From contig CAZAOZ010000012.1 in NCBI GenBank assembly GCA_964486865.1, forward strand, positions 1,870 through 65,869: a stretch of DNA of 64,000 nt, in the 5' to 3' direction. Positions 45,460 through 55,700 of the stretch are shown one piece after another; positions within the stretch are counted from its first letter, which is position 1, and each line of letters begins with the position of its first letter. Below the pieces are notes generated by a model, which was given only the letters and a program-made list of their open reading frames with translations, was not told where the DNA came from and made no database searches. Source of the stretch: an uncultured Bordetella sp. GTDB taxonomy: Bacteria > Pseudomonadota > Gammaproteobacteria > Burkholderiales > SG8-41. A program made the position numbers and the translations under genes.

Positions 45460-45530
45460 GCTTGCCCGGATGAATTCACCGGAAGTCGTGGTCTGAGACG
45501 GTTATTATCGAGAACTGCATAAATAATGAC

Positions 45531-45566
45531 AAAAACATGCCTCTGACGAGGCTGTCATGTTTTTGG
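45531..45566 (+). terminator. Intrinsic terminator after the first sulfatase
   Basis: AAAAACATGCCTC-TGAC-GAGG(CTGT)CATGTTTTT followed by TGG. The outer stem is 9 bp and the inner stem 4 bp, with a T5 tail. Confidence 0.6.
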
Positions 45567-45594
45567 AAATGCTCAATAGGGGGAGAAAATACAA

Positions 45595-46551
45595 ATGAAA
45601 AAAATCATGCTCGGCATTTTGTTACTCGGCTTTTGCTCCGCGGCCTTTGCGCAAAACTGGCCCAACCGGGCGATCCGGGTGCTGGTGGGGTTTGCGCCCG
45701 GAGGCACTACCGATGTGTCGGCGCGCGTGACCAGCGAGATCGTGTCCCGCGAACTGGGACAGACCGTCATCGTCGAAAACCGGCCCGGCGGCTCGGGCAG
45801 CATCGCGATCGAGGCCCTGCTGCGCGGCGCGGCAGACGGTTACACGATACTGATCGGATCGGATTCTTCGTTTTATCAGCCCGTGGTGGCGCCATCGTTG
45901 TCTTATCGGACCGAAAGGGATCTGCGGCCGATCGCGATACTCGTCAGCCAGCCGATCGTTATCGCGGTCCATCCGGCGCCCGGATGGAAAACCGTCCCCG
46001 ATCTCATCAAGGCCGCCAAGGCACGGCCCGGCGAAATTGCCTATGCCCTCTCGTCGCCCACGGGTACGCAGGCGCTCGCGGGCCTGGTCTTTTTCCAGAT
46101 GGCGAAGGTGAAGCTGACGGCCATCCCTTACAAGGGCGGCGGGCAGGCCGTGGTGGATCTGATCAGCGGGCAGGTTCCGGTCGCCGTACTCGGCACCGCA
46201 CCGCTGGTGCCGCAAGCCAAGTCGGGGCGGATCAGGATACTCGCAGTCACCTCGAAAGCGCGCGCCAAATCCTTGCCTGATGTGCCGACGCTGGCTGAAG
46301 CGGGCTATCCGGACATGGATATCTCGCAGTGGTTTGGCGCAATGGCGCCGGCAGCCGTGCCTGCCGACATCGCCAGCCGCTTTGCAGCGGCATATAACAA
46401 GGCGTTGTCTGATCCCAAGGTCGTCGAGCGGCTGTTCAATGCCGGCCTCGATGCGGTGGGCGGCTCTCCGGAAGAGATGGCGCGGCGCATGAAAATCGAG
46501 ACCGCGATCTGGGCCAAGGCAGCAAAGGAAGCCGGGTTGGGGAAAAACTGA
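45595..46551 (+). CDS. Bug/TctC family substrate-binding protein
   Basis: NWPNRAIRVLVGFAPGGTTDVSARVTSEIV...VENRPGGSG...DGYTIL. Confidence 0.9.
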   Translation: MKKIMLGILLLGFCSAAFAQNWPNRAIRVLVGFAPGGTTDVSARVTSEIVSRELGQTVIVENRPGGSGSIAIEALLRGAADGYTILIGSDSSFYQPVVAPSLSYRTERDLRPIAILVSQPIVIAVHPAPGWKTVPDLIKAAKARPGEIAYALSSPTGTQALAGLVFFQMAKVKLTAIPYKGGGQAVVDLISGQVPVAVLGTAPLVPQAKSGRIRILAVTSKARAKSLPDVPTLAEAGYPDMDISQWFGAMAPAAVPADIASRFAAAYNKALSDPKVVERLFNAGLDAVGGSPEEMARRMKIETAIWAKAAKEAGLGKN

Positions 46552-46554
46552 ATC

Positions 46555-47910
46555 ATGGCTGAAGATTCGCTACCCAACATCGTACTGATTCTCGCCGACA
46601 ATCTCGGCTGGGGAGAACTGGGCTGCTACAACGGCGGCCTCGTTCGCGGCGCACCAACACCGCGCATCGACAAGCTCGCCGCCGAAGGCCTGCAGTTCCT
46701 GAACTTCAATGTCGAAAGTGATTGCGTACCGACGCGCTCGGCGCTGATGACCGGCCGCATGCCGATCCGTACGGGAGCCATGCAATCCGTTCCTGCCGGA
46801 CTGCCGCAGGGGCTGATTCCGTGGGAGATCACCATCGCGCAATTGCTGTCCGCCAGGGGCTACGCCACAGCCATGTACGGCAAGTGGCACCTGGGCGATC
46901 GTGAAGGCCGTTACCCCAAGGATCGCGGTTTTGATGAATGGTACGGCATCCCCCGCACCACCAACGAGAGCATGTTTACCAGCACACCGGGCTTCGATCC
47001 GTCGGTGGTCGGCCTGCCTTATGTGATGGAAGGACGCAAAGGCGAGCCCGCGCGCAACCTCGAACTCTATGATCTTGAAATGCGCCGCCGCATCGATTCG
47101 GAGCTGATCGCGCGCACCAATGACTTCATGCGCAGGCAGGTCAAGGCAAAGCAGCCGTTCTTCGCCTATGTGCCCATCACACAGGTCCATTTCCCGACCC
47201 TGCCCCACCGCGACTTTGCCGGAAAGACGGGGGCTGGCGACCACGCCGATTCAATGGTGGAAATGGATTTCCGCGTCGGCCAGGTACTCGATGAAGTCGA
47301 AGCGCTGGGCATTGCCGAAAATACATTGTTCTTTTTTGGCAGTGACAACGGCCCCGAGTTTCGCCGCCCCTGGCGCGGCACCGCCGGCATGTGGCGCGGC
47401 ACGTATCACACCTCGATGGAAGGCTCATTGCGCGTGCCGTTCATGGTGCGCTGGCCGGGCAGAATTGCACCGGGACGCGTCAGCAACGAAATCGTGCATA
47501 TTACCGACCTCTACTCCACCCTCGCCCGCGTCGCCGGCGCCGAAGTGCCCGGGGATCGTCCGATCGATGGCGTCGATCAGCTTGATTTCTTCCTCGGCAA
47601 GCAGGAGAAATCAAACCGCGAAGGTTTCGTGTTCTACATCAAGCAGGAACTGCGTGCAGCCAAGTGGCGTGACTGGAAAATGCACATGGTCTGGGAACCG
47701 GAGCCGAACACCGGCCCGATCCATCTGGAAACACCGTGGATTTTCAATGTGACGCGGGACCCCAAGGAAGAAACCGAAGTCGGCACGGAATGCGGCTGGG
47801 TGCGCGGGCCTTTCCGGCGCATGATTGACGCTTTCCAGCACAGCCTCAAACGGAATCCGCCGATTCCGCCGGGCGCGCCGGATGACTACGTGCCGACCAG
47901 CGGCGGGTAA
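46555..47910 (+). CDS. Cys-type arylsulfatase
   Basis: PNIVLILADNLGWGELGCYNG... and CVPTRSALMTGR (C-x-P-x-R). Starts 3 nt after the Bug stop. Confidence 0.9.
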   Translation: MAEDSLPNIVLILADNLGWGELGCYNGGLVRGAPTPRIDKLAAEGLQFLNFNVESDCVPTRSALMTGRMPIRTGAMQSVPAGLPQGLIPWEITIAQLLSARGYATAMYGKWHLGDREGRYPKDRGFDEWYGIPRTTNESMFTSTPGFDPSVVGLPYVMEGRKGEPARNLELYDLEMRRRIDSELIARTNDFMRRQVKAKQPFFAYVPITQVHFPTLPHRDFAGKTGAGDHADSMVEMDFRVGQVLDEVEALGIAENTLFFFGSDNGPEFRRPWRGTAGMWRGTYHTSMEGSLRVPFMVRWPGRIAPGRVSNEIVHITDLYSTLARVAGAEVPGDRPIDGVDQLDFFLGKQEKSNREGFVFYIKQELRAAKWRDWKMHMVWEPEPNTGPIHLETPWIFNVTRDPKEETEVGTECGWVRGPFRRMIDAFQHSLKRNPPIPPGAPDDYVPTSGG

Positions 47911-48006
47911 ACCGACTGGTTACAAAAATTTCAATGCGATCGAACATGATCGCCTTGCATTCCGGCCCGCACTCCGCCTCGCAGGAGTCAGTAAAATCAG
48001 CAGCGC

Positions 48007-49422
48007 TCATGCGCGCTGTATCAGCAGTTGCATCAGCCGGTCGGGATTGCGTGCCTGCGCGAAGTTGCGCACTTCCTGCAACAACGACTCAACCTGCGCG
48101 GCGTCAAAACGCTTCGCCATTTCCTGTGTAAAGCGGACCACGTGGTCATCCAGGGTGTAGGGACGCGAGGCGCTGCCCTGCGGCGCCGCGATGAAGCGTT
48201 CGTGCGTTTCGCCGGATTGCAGCGTCAGCGTGACTTTGGCGCCCACCGACTGTTCGGTGCTGACGCGCTCGGCGTCGGCGTCGATTACACATTCGATGCG
48301 CCGCGAGATCGCCATCACCTGCGGCGCGGCCAGCATGGCTTCGAAGTCATCCACGTTCAGGGTAAAGCCGGGCCGATGAATTCGTTTACCCTGCGCGATC
48401 ACCATCGCCACGCAGAACGGCAGGCTCATCTGCGCGGCCTGGACGTCCTTGGGCTCATTGGCGGTGAGCCGCCCCTGGATGATTTTGGGAATGCCGACGC
48501 GGACGGACTTGATGTCGGCGATGGTCAATTGATGTTCGCTGCACAGCGCCGCGGTGGCCTCGACCGCCGACAGCACGCGCGCACTGCAGGCGTGGGGCTT
48601 GATCGCGGTTTCGAGCAGCCGCCAGGTACTGCCGATGCCGGCGAGGCCTTTGTCGAAATCGTGCCCGTCGGCATAGGCGCGCGCGAAACCGTCCTGGCCT
48701 TCGAGGATGTCGGCCGGGCCGGTGAAGCCGGCTTCGGCCAGCAGCGCCGCATGCACGCCCTCGCCCGCGGCATGCGCGGCATGGATGCGCTTGACGGTCG
48801 AGCCGGAATGATAGAACTGCGTCAGCCCGCCGCTGAACGATGCCACGAGGCCGATGGTTTCAGCGATGCGCGTCGCGCGATCCTTGCCGCTGAACAGCAG
48901 GCTCGCCGCCGCCGTTGCCGCGCCGAAGCCGCCGCAGGTGGCCGTACTCTGGAAGCCGCGCCTGAAATGCGAGGGCTGGATCGCCAGCCCGATGCGGATC
49001 ATGTTTTCGTAACCGGCGGCAATGGCGGCGAGGATTCTGTCGCCGCGCAGGTGGCGCGCCTCGCCAATGGCCAGCGCCGCGGAAATCACGATGCAGCCCG
49101 GATGCAGCATGGCGCCGACATGCACGTCGTCGGCATCGATGCTGCCCGCATACGTGGTGTTGACGAAGGTTGCGCGTTCGGGATCGGTGCGGTCGGCCGA
49201 GAACAGCACTGTGGCCTGGGCGTTGCCGCCCAGTTCACGCGCGAGATTGGTCGCCCACGCGCTCCAGTTCATGCGCTGGCCGAGCGAAGCCACGCGCAGG
49301 TAGTCGAGCATGAACATCGTCAGGTGCTGCCGGATGATTTCCGGCAGCGCGGCGTATTGCAGGCCGGCGGCAAAATCGGCAAAGCGCTGCGTGGCGTTGA
49401 TGGGTGCATTCCCCGACGGCAT
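48007..49422 (-). CDS. MmgE/PrpD family protein (2-methylcitrate dehydratase-like)
   Basis: 471 aa with the PrpD-family pattern ...FMLDYLRVASLG..., ...HPGCIVISAALAIGE..., ...GGFGAATAAASLL..., ...TVKRIHAAHAAGEG.... Confidence 0.85.
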   Translation of the reverse strand: MPSGNAPINATQRFADFAAGLQYAALPEIIRQHLTMFMLDYLRVASLGQRMNWSAWATNLARELGGNAQATVLFSADRTDPERATFVNTTYAGSIDADDVHVGAMLHPGCIVISAALAIGEARHLRGDRILAAIAAGYENMIRIGLAIQPSHFRRGFQSTATCGGFGAATAAASLLFSGKDRATRIAETIGLVASFSGGLTQFYHSGSTVKRIHAAHAAGEGVHAALLAEAGFTGPADILEGQDGFARAYADGHDFDKGLAGIGSTWRLLETAIKPHACSARVLSAVEATAALCSEHQLTIADIKSVRVGIPKIIQGRLTANEPKDVQAAQMSLPFCVAMVIAQGKRIHRPGFTLNVDDFEAMLAAPQVMAISRRIECVIDADAERVSTEQSVGAKVTLTLQSGETHERFIAAPQGSASRPYTLDDHVVRFTQEMAKRFDAAQVESLLQEVRNFAQARNPDRLMQLLIQRA

Positions 49423-49471
49423 TGTATGACCTGTTGTTTTAATTTATTTTTTATGAGGCGTCGGAAGACGC

Positions 49472-50431
49472 TCATTCAGCCCTGATTTTCGCCGCAGCAA
49501 TGACCTTGCCCCATTTTTCATAATCGGCCCTGTGATACGCGGCCAGCGCGGCCGGCGTGCCGCCGGAGGGCTCGGCGCCGTCGAGCGCGAGGGCTTTTTT
49601 GATGTCGTCGGTGACCAGCACCTTGTTGCCTGCGGCGTTGAGTCTCTCGACGACGGGCGCCGGCAGACCGGCCGGGCCATAAAGCCCCCACCACTGGCTG
49701 GATTCAAAATCCTTCAGCGCCGCCTCGGCCACCGTCGGCAGTTCGGGCGCAATGGCGATGCGCTTCGCGCTGGTGACCGCCAGCGCTTTCAGGCGCCCGG
49801 CGCGCACCTGCGCGGACACGCTGGGATAGGCCGCGAACAGCACCGACACGTTGCCGGCGACGGTGTCGATGGTCGCGGGCGCCGCGCCCTTGTACGGCAC
49901 GTGCAGCAGGGTCACGCCGGCGCGCTGCGAGAAGAGTTCTCCGGTCAGGTGACTCAGCGTGCCCGCGCCGTTGGAGGCATAGGCCAGCGCGCCGGGTCTG
50001 GCTTTGGCGATGCCGATCAGTTCCCTGACGGTCTTCGCCGGCACCGACGGATGCACGGTCAGCACATTGGGCGCGTGGCCGATCATCACGATGGGCGTAA
50101 AACTCTTCAGCACATCGTACGGCGCTTTGGCGCCCAGATGCGGATTGATCGACAGCACGCTCGACGACGCGAACAGCAGGTTGTAGCCGTCGGCCGGCGC
50201 GCGCGCGGCGATCTCGCCGCCGATGATGCCGCCCGCGCCGCCGCGGTTATCGACGATGATCTGCTGGCCGATGACGGCGGACAGCCGCGTGGTGACCTGG
50301 CGCGCGACGATGTCGGCGGCGCCGCCCGGCGGAAACGGCACGATGACGCGCACCGCCTTGTCGGGATAGCCCTGCGCCAGGGCATTAAACGACAGCGCGG
50401 TGCCGAGCAGCACGGCTGCGGATGCTTTCAT
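49472..50431 (-). CDS. Bug/TctC family substrate-binding protein
   Basis: MKASAAVLLGTALSFNALAQGYPDKAVRVIVPFPPGGAADIVARQV...VDNRGGAGG...DGYNLL. The tracked 580-aa ORF is an Arg-rich upstream extension overlapping the ADH gene. Confidence 0.85.
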   Translation of the reverse strand: MKASAAVLLGTALSFNALAQGYPDKAVRVIVPFPPGGAADIVARQVTTRLSAVIGQQIIVDNRGGAGGIIGGEIAARAPADGYNLLFASSSVLSINPHLGAKAPYDVLKSFTPIVMIGHAPNVLTVHPSVPAKTVRELIGIAKARPGALAYASNGAGTLSHLTGELFSQRAGVTLLHVPYKGAAPATIDTVAGNVSVLFAAYPSVSAQVRAGRLKALAVTSAKRIAIAPELPTVAEAALKDFESSQWWGLYGPAGLPAPVVERLNAAGNKVLVTDDIKKALALDGAEPSGGTPAALAAYHRADYEKWGKVIAAAKIRAE

Positions 50432-50460
50432 GGGCAAACCTTTTTTCGTGGACGCAGGGT

Positions 50461-51495
50461 TCAGACCATCATCAACGCCGCGCGGCCAGTGATCGATCCG
50501 GTCTCCAGCTTTTGATGAATCGCCTCGGCTTCGGCGTACGGCACTTTCTCCGTCACCAGCGGCCACAGGTCGCCGCGGGCAACGAGTTCCAGCGATTCGA
50601 TGACTTCCTGTTTGGTGGCGTAGCGGCTGCCCATGACTTCGATTTCCTTGCGCATGATGGCCGGCCCGTCGGCATCGAAGCGCTGGCTGTTGCCGGCAAG
50701 CAGCAGCAGGCGCCCGCCCTTGTTCAGGCCAGCGATACCGGCCTCGATGGTTTCCCTGGTGCAGACATAATCGAACACCACATCGACGCCGCGGCCGCTG
50801 GTGAGTTCGATCAGCTGCTGCGCGACTTTGCCGTCGCTGGCATCGACGGTCGCATCCGCGCCCGCTTTCAGGCAGGACTCGAATTTGGCCGCCCTGGTAT
50901 CCACCGCGATGACTTTGCGCGCATGCGCCCAGCGCGACACCATCAGCATGTGTACGCCCAGCCCGCCGCCGGCGCCGATCACGGCCACGGTGTCGGTCAC
51001 CGCGACGCGCGCCTTGCGCGTGACCTTGATCGGAGTGGCAATCGCGTCGCAGATCACGCCGATTTCGGCGGGATGTTTTTTCCAGTCCATGCCTTCCGGC
51101 AGCACCAGAAAATTTTCCGCCGGCAGTTTGATGTATTCGGCATAACCGCCGTCGCACTCGCGTCCGACATAGCCCCTGAAGTTGTCGCACAGCGTTTCGC
51201 GGTTGATGCGACACCAGTAGCAGTGCCCGCAGTTGAGATAAAAGTATGCGGTGACGGCGTCGCCGGCTTTGAGGCTGGTCACGCCCGCGCCGGTGGCGAC
51301 GATTTCGCCGGTGATTTCATGGCCGAGGATGCGCGGATAGGCAACCGGCACGCGCCCCGCGCGCGCATGGTGGATGGTCAGCCCCGCGCCGCAGGCCAGC
51401 ACGCGGGCGACGGCTTCGCCGGGCCCCGGCACCGGATCGGGCACGGTTTCGAGTACCAGCGGCTGGTTCTTCCCCTTCAATAACATCGCTTTCAT
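50461..51495 (-). CDS. Zinc-type medium-chain alcohol dehydrogenase family oxidoreductase
   Basis: GHEITGEIV (catalytic Zn), CGHCYWCRINRETLC (structural Zn Cys cluster), and VAVIGAGGGLG (Rossmann). Confidence 0.85.
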   Translation of the reverse strand: MKAMLLKGKNQPLVLETVPDPVPGPGEAVARVLACGAGLTIHHARAGRVPVAYPRILGHEITGEIVATGAGVTSLKAGDAVTAYFYLNCGHCYWCRINRETLCDNFRGYVGRECDGGYAEYIKLPAENFLVLPEGMDWKKHPAEIGVICDAIATPIKVTRKARVAVTDTVAVIGAGGGLGVHMLMVSRWAHARKVIAVDTRAAKFESCLKAGADATVDASDGKVAQQLIELTSGRGVDVVFDYVCTRETIEAGIAGLNKGGRLLLLAGNSQRFDADGPAIMRKEIEVMGSRYATKQEVIESLELVARGDLWPLVTEKVPYAEAEAIHQKLETGSITGRAALMMV

Positions 51496-51648
51496 GCGTC
51501 ATCCTCCCCTGAGGCACAGTTTAACCCAGGGCCTCATATTTGATGTAAGACAAACCGCGGCGCAGCCGTCTGAGTACCATTAAATACGCTCAGGACAATG
51601 GCGCAGGCGCTTCCGGGCCGCGCCGCAAACCCTGCCGGAGATCTGCAG

Positions 51649-52599
51649 ATGAAAGTCGTTGTCGCTCTCGGCGGTGCTGCGCTGGCCAAGCGCGGCGAAC
51701 CGCTCGAGTCGGACGTGCAGCGCCAGAATATCGCGCACGCCGCCGCCATGGTGGCCGCGATCGCGCGCACCCACGAAGTCATTGTCACCCACGGCAACAG
51801 CCCGCAGGTGGGGTTGCTGGCCATGCTGGGCGAATCGTATGCCGGCGTGCATCCCTATCCGCTGGACATGCTGGGCGCGGAATCCGAAGGCATGATCGGT
51901 TACATGATCGAGCAGGAGTTGCGCAGCCTGCTGCCGGGACGGCATATCGTCACGCTGCTGACGCAGACCGAAGTCAACCGCAACGATGCCGCGTTCCGCC
52001 ATCCGTCGAAACCGATAGGCCCCGGCTTCACCCAGGATGAAGCCGGGCGCCTCGCCAACGAGCGCGGCTGGAAAATCGCGCAGGATGGCGCAAAGTGGCG
52101 GCGCGTGGTGCCCTCGCCGGAGCCGCTGCGCATACTCGAGCTGGGGGCGATCAAGCTGCTGGCCAATACCGGTGTGGTGGTGGTATGCGCCGGCGGCGGC
52201 GGCATCCCGGTAACGGTATCTTCGGCCGGTGTCGTGCGCGGCGTCGAGGCGATCATCGACAAGGATCTGGCGGCGGCGCTGCTCGCGCACCAGGTCGGCG
52301 CGGATGTGCTGCTGCTGCTGACCGACGTCGGCTCGGTGTACACCAACTGGAACCAGAAGGACGCGCAACCGATCCACGAAACCTCGCCGCAGGAATTGCG
52401 CAAGGAGATCTTCGCCGCGGGTACGATGCGGCCCAAGGTCGAGGCGGCCTGCCGGTTCGTCGAAACCGGCGGGGCCTTTGCCGGCATCGGCCTGCTCGAA
52501 GACGCGGCAGCCATCCTGCTCGGCCGGCGCGGCACCATCGTGCGCCGGCCGGAATCGACGCTTGATTTCACCGGCGGCCCGCAGGCGATGCCGAAGTAA
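51649..52599 (+). CDS. arcC: Carbamate kinase
   Basis: MKVVVALGGAAL..., VIVTHGNSPQVG, SEGMIGYMIEQ, VVVCAGGGGIPV, AIIDKDLAAALLA and MRPKVEAACRF motifs of carbamate kinase. GGAGA RBS. Confidence 0.85.
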   Translation: MKVVVALGGAALAKRGEPLESDVQRQNIAHAAAMVAAIARTHEVIVTHGNSPQVGLLAMLGESYAGVHPYPLDMLGAESEGMIGYMIEQELRSLLPGRHIVTLLTQTEVNRNDAAFRHPSKPIGPGFTQDEAGRLANERGWKIAQDGAKWRRVVPSPEPLRILELGAIKLLANTGVVVVCAGGGGIPVTVSSAGVVRGVEAIIDKDLAAALLAHQVGADVLLLLTDVGSVYTNWNQKDAQPIHETSPQELRKEIFAAGTMRPKVEAACRFVETGGAFAGIGLLEDAAAILLGRRGTIVRRPESTLDFTGGPQAMPK

Positions 52600-52739
52600 G
52601 CGCGCCCAACGCCGCGGCCGGCGGCAAAAAAGCGCAGGAAAACCGCTACAATCGCCGTTCGCTTTTCTGCGGGCGGCAGTCGGGGCATCGCCCGCGGTTG
52701 TGTCACCCGCGCCGAACCCCGGATGCCCCTTCCCCGCGC

Positions 52740-55700
52740 ATGGATACGCCCGAACACCGCAGCGAACACATCGTCATCCGCGGCGCGCGCCAGAACAATC
52801 TCAAGAATCTGTCGCTGGATCTGCCGCTCAATGAACTGATCGTCGTCACCGGCGTGTCGGGCAGCGGCAAATCCTCGCTGGTATTCGACACGCTGTATGC
52901 CGAGGGCCAGCGCCGCTACGTCGAAACTTTTTCGCCGTACGCGCGCCAGTTCCTCGACCGCCAGGACCGGCCGCAGGTGGACAGCATCGATGGCATCCCG
53001 CCGGCCATCGCCATCGACCAGGTCAATCCGGTGCGCACCTCGCGCTCGACGGTCGGCACGATGACGGAATTGAACGATCACCTGAAGCTGCTGTTTGCCC
53101 GCGCCGCGCAGCTGTATTGCAAGGGCTGCGGCGCACGGGTGAAGCGCGACACGCCGCAGATGATTTACGACGTGCTGCTCGCGCGCGCGCGCGCGGCCGG
53201 CGATCCACGGCTGGCGATTGCATTCCCGGTGCCGGTACCGGCGAATTTCAAGGCTGATGAAGTCAAGGCGCTGCTCACGGCACAGGGCTACACGCGTTTT
53301 CTGCATGAGAGCCACGACCGCTTTGAAGTGGTGCAGGACCGGCTGCGCATGGGCGGCGCGGAACGCGCGCGCGTGATCGAGGCGCTGGAGGCCGCGCTGA
53401 AAGTCGGCCAGGGACGGGTGAATGTCTATCCGCTCAATGACGCCCCCGGTACGCACGCCGATCACCCGTCACCCATCACTCATCACGCGCCGTGGCGGTT
53501 TTCCACGGCGCTGCACTGCGCCGAGTGCGACATCCATTACGCCGAGCCCAATCCCAGCCTGTTTTCGTTCAATTCGCCGCTGGGCGCCTGCGACACCTGC
53601 CGCGGTTTCGGGCGCATGATCGGCGTCGATTACGGGCTGGTGATTCCGGACGAAACAAAGTCGCTGCGCGACGGCGCAGTGCGGCCGTGGCAGACGCCGT
53701 CGAACAGGGAATGTCAGGACGATCTGATCAAGTACGCGAAAAAGCGCGGCATTCCCGTCGACACGCCGTGGCGCGATTTGCCGGCGCAGCAAAAACGCTG
53801 GGTCATCGACGGCGAGCCGGAATGGGTGAGCTGGCGCAAATCCTGGCCCGGCGTGTGGTACGGCGTGGCGCGGTTTTTCAAATGGCTGGAAACCAAGGCC
53901 TACAAGATGCATGTGCGCGTGCTGCTGTCGAAGTACCGCGCCTACACCGAATGCACGGCCTGCGGCGGCGCGCGACTGAAGACCGACGCGCTGCTGTGGC
54001 GGATCGGCACCGCGGCCAACGCCGACGCGGCACTGGGTCACGGCGAACACCGGCGCCCGCGCCATAAACCGCAAGGCGTTAAATTCACCGACGCGCAACT
54101 CGCGGCATTGCCGGGGCTGACGCTGCACGACGTGGTGCTGCTGCCGCTGGAGCGCACCAAGACGCTGTTCGATGCGCTGGAACTGCCCCGCCCGCTGGAT
54201 GAGGCCACCGACATGCTGATCGGCGAAATCCGCACCCGCCTCGATTACCTGACCCAGGTCGGGCTCGGCTATCTGACGCTGGACCGCCAGTCGCGCACGC
54301 TGTCCGGCGGCGAAGTGCAGCGGATCAACCTCACCACGGCACTGGGCACCTCGCTGGTGAACACGCTGTTCGTGCTCGACGAGCCGTCGATCGGCCTGCA
54401 TCCGCGCGACATGGGCCGGGTGATCGGCGTCATGCACAGGCTCCGTGACGCCGGCAATTCGCTGGTGGTGGTGGAACACGATCCGCAGGTGATGCTCGCC
54501 GCCGACCGCCTGCTCGACATCGGGCCGGGGCCCGGCTCGCGCGGCGGCGAGATCGTCGCCTTCGACACGCCCGCCCGCATCATGCAGGCGCAGGCGTCGA
54601 TCACCGGGCGTTACCTGTCGGGAAAATTGCGTGCGGCCGGTCACGACGCGGCCCGGGCGCCGACCAAAAATACGCCGCGACTGCGGCTCTGCGGCGCCGC
54701 CGAACATAACCTGAAAATGATCGATGTCGATTTCCCGCTGCAGCGGCTGATCTGCATCACCGGCGTGTCGGGCTCGGGCAAATCGACGCTGGTGCAGGAT
54801 GTGCTGTATGCCGCGCTGCGCAAGGCGCTGGGCAAACCCGCCGAGACGCCGGGCCGCCACGACGGATTCTACGGCGCGGATCATGTCAGCGACGTGGTGA
54901 TGGTCGATCAGTCGTCGATCGGCCGCACCACGCGCTCGAACCCGGCGAGTTATGTCGGCGCCTTCGATGCCGTGCGCAGCCGGTTCTCGTCGGCGCCGCT
55001 GGCGCAGTCGCGCGGCTACACCGCGGGCACTTTCAGTTTCAATTCGGGCACCGGGCGCTGCCCGACCTGCAGCGGCAACGGCTTCGAGCACGTGGAGATG
55101 CAGTTTCTGTCGGATGTGTACCTGCGCTGCCCGGACTGCGACGGCCGGCGCTATCGCGCCGAGGTGCTGGAAATCACCGTCGAAGGCAAATCGATTGCCG
55201 ACGTGCTCGAACTGACGGTGGCCGACGCGCTGGCGTTTTTCAATCACGCGCCGGACATCGTGCGCGCACTGCAGCCGCTGGTCGATGTCGGCCTCGATTA
55301 CCTGAAGCTGGGCCAGCCGGTGCCGACCTTGTCGGGCGGCGAAGCGCAGCGGCTGAAGCTCGCGGGCTTTCTGGCTGAAGCCGCTTATGTCGGACGTAAT
55401 GCGGCCGGGCGCGATGCGGCCGGCGGCAAAGGCACGCTGTTCCTGTTCGACGAGCCGACCACGGGACTGCATTTCGACGATGTGCGCAAACTGCTGGGCG
55501 CCTGCCGCAAGCTGATCGCCGCCGGCCATTCGCTGATCGTCATCGAACACAATCTTGACGTGATCCGCGCCGCGGACTGGATCATCGACCTCGGCCCCGA
55601 AGGCGGTGATGCCGGCGGCGCGGTGGTCTGCACCGGCACGCCGGAGATGATTGCCGCGCACGAAACGTCGCATACCGGCAAGGCGCTGCGCGATTACGCG

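Noticed and set aside
49472-51214. The 580-aa tracked ORF, which implied a very long Bug protein.
   Set aside because: The first ~260 residues are Arg/Gly-rich nonsense overlapping the alcohol dehydrogenase gene on another frame. A canonical Bug signal peptide begins at ATG 50431.
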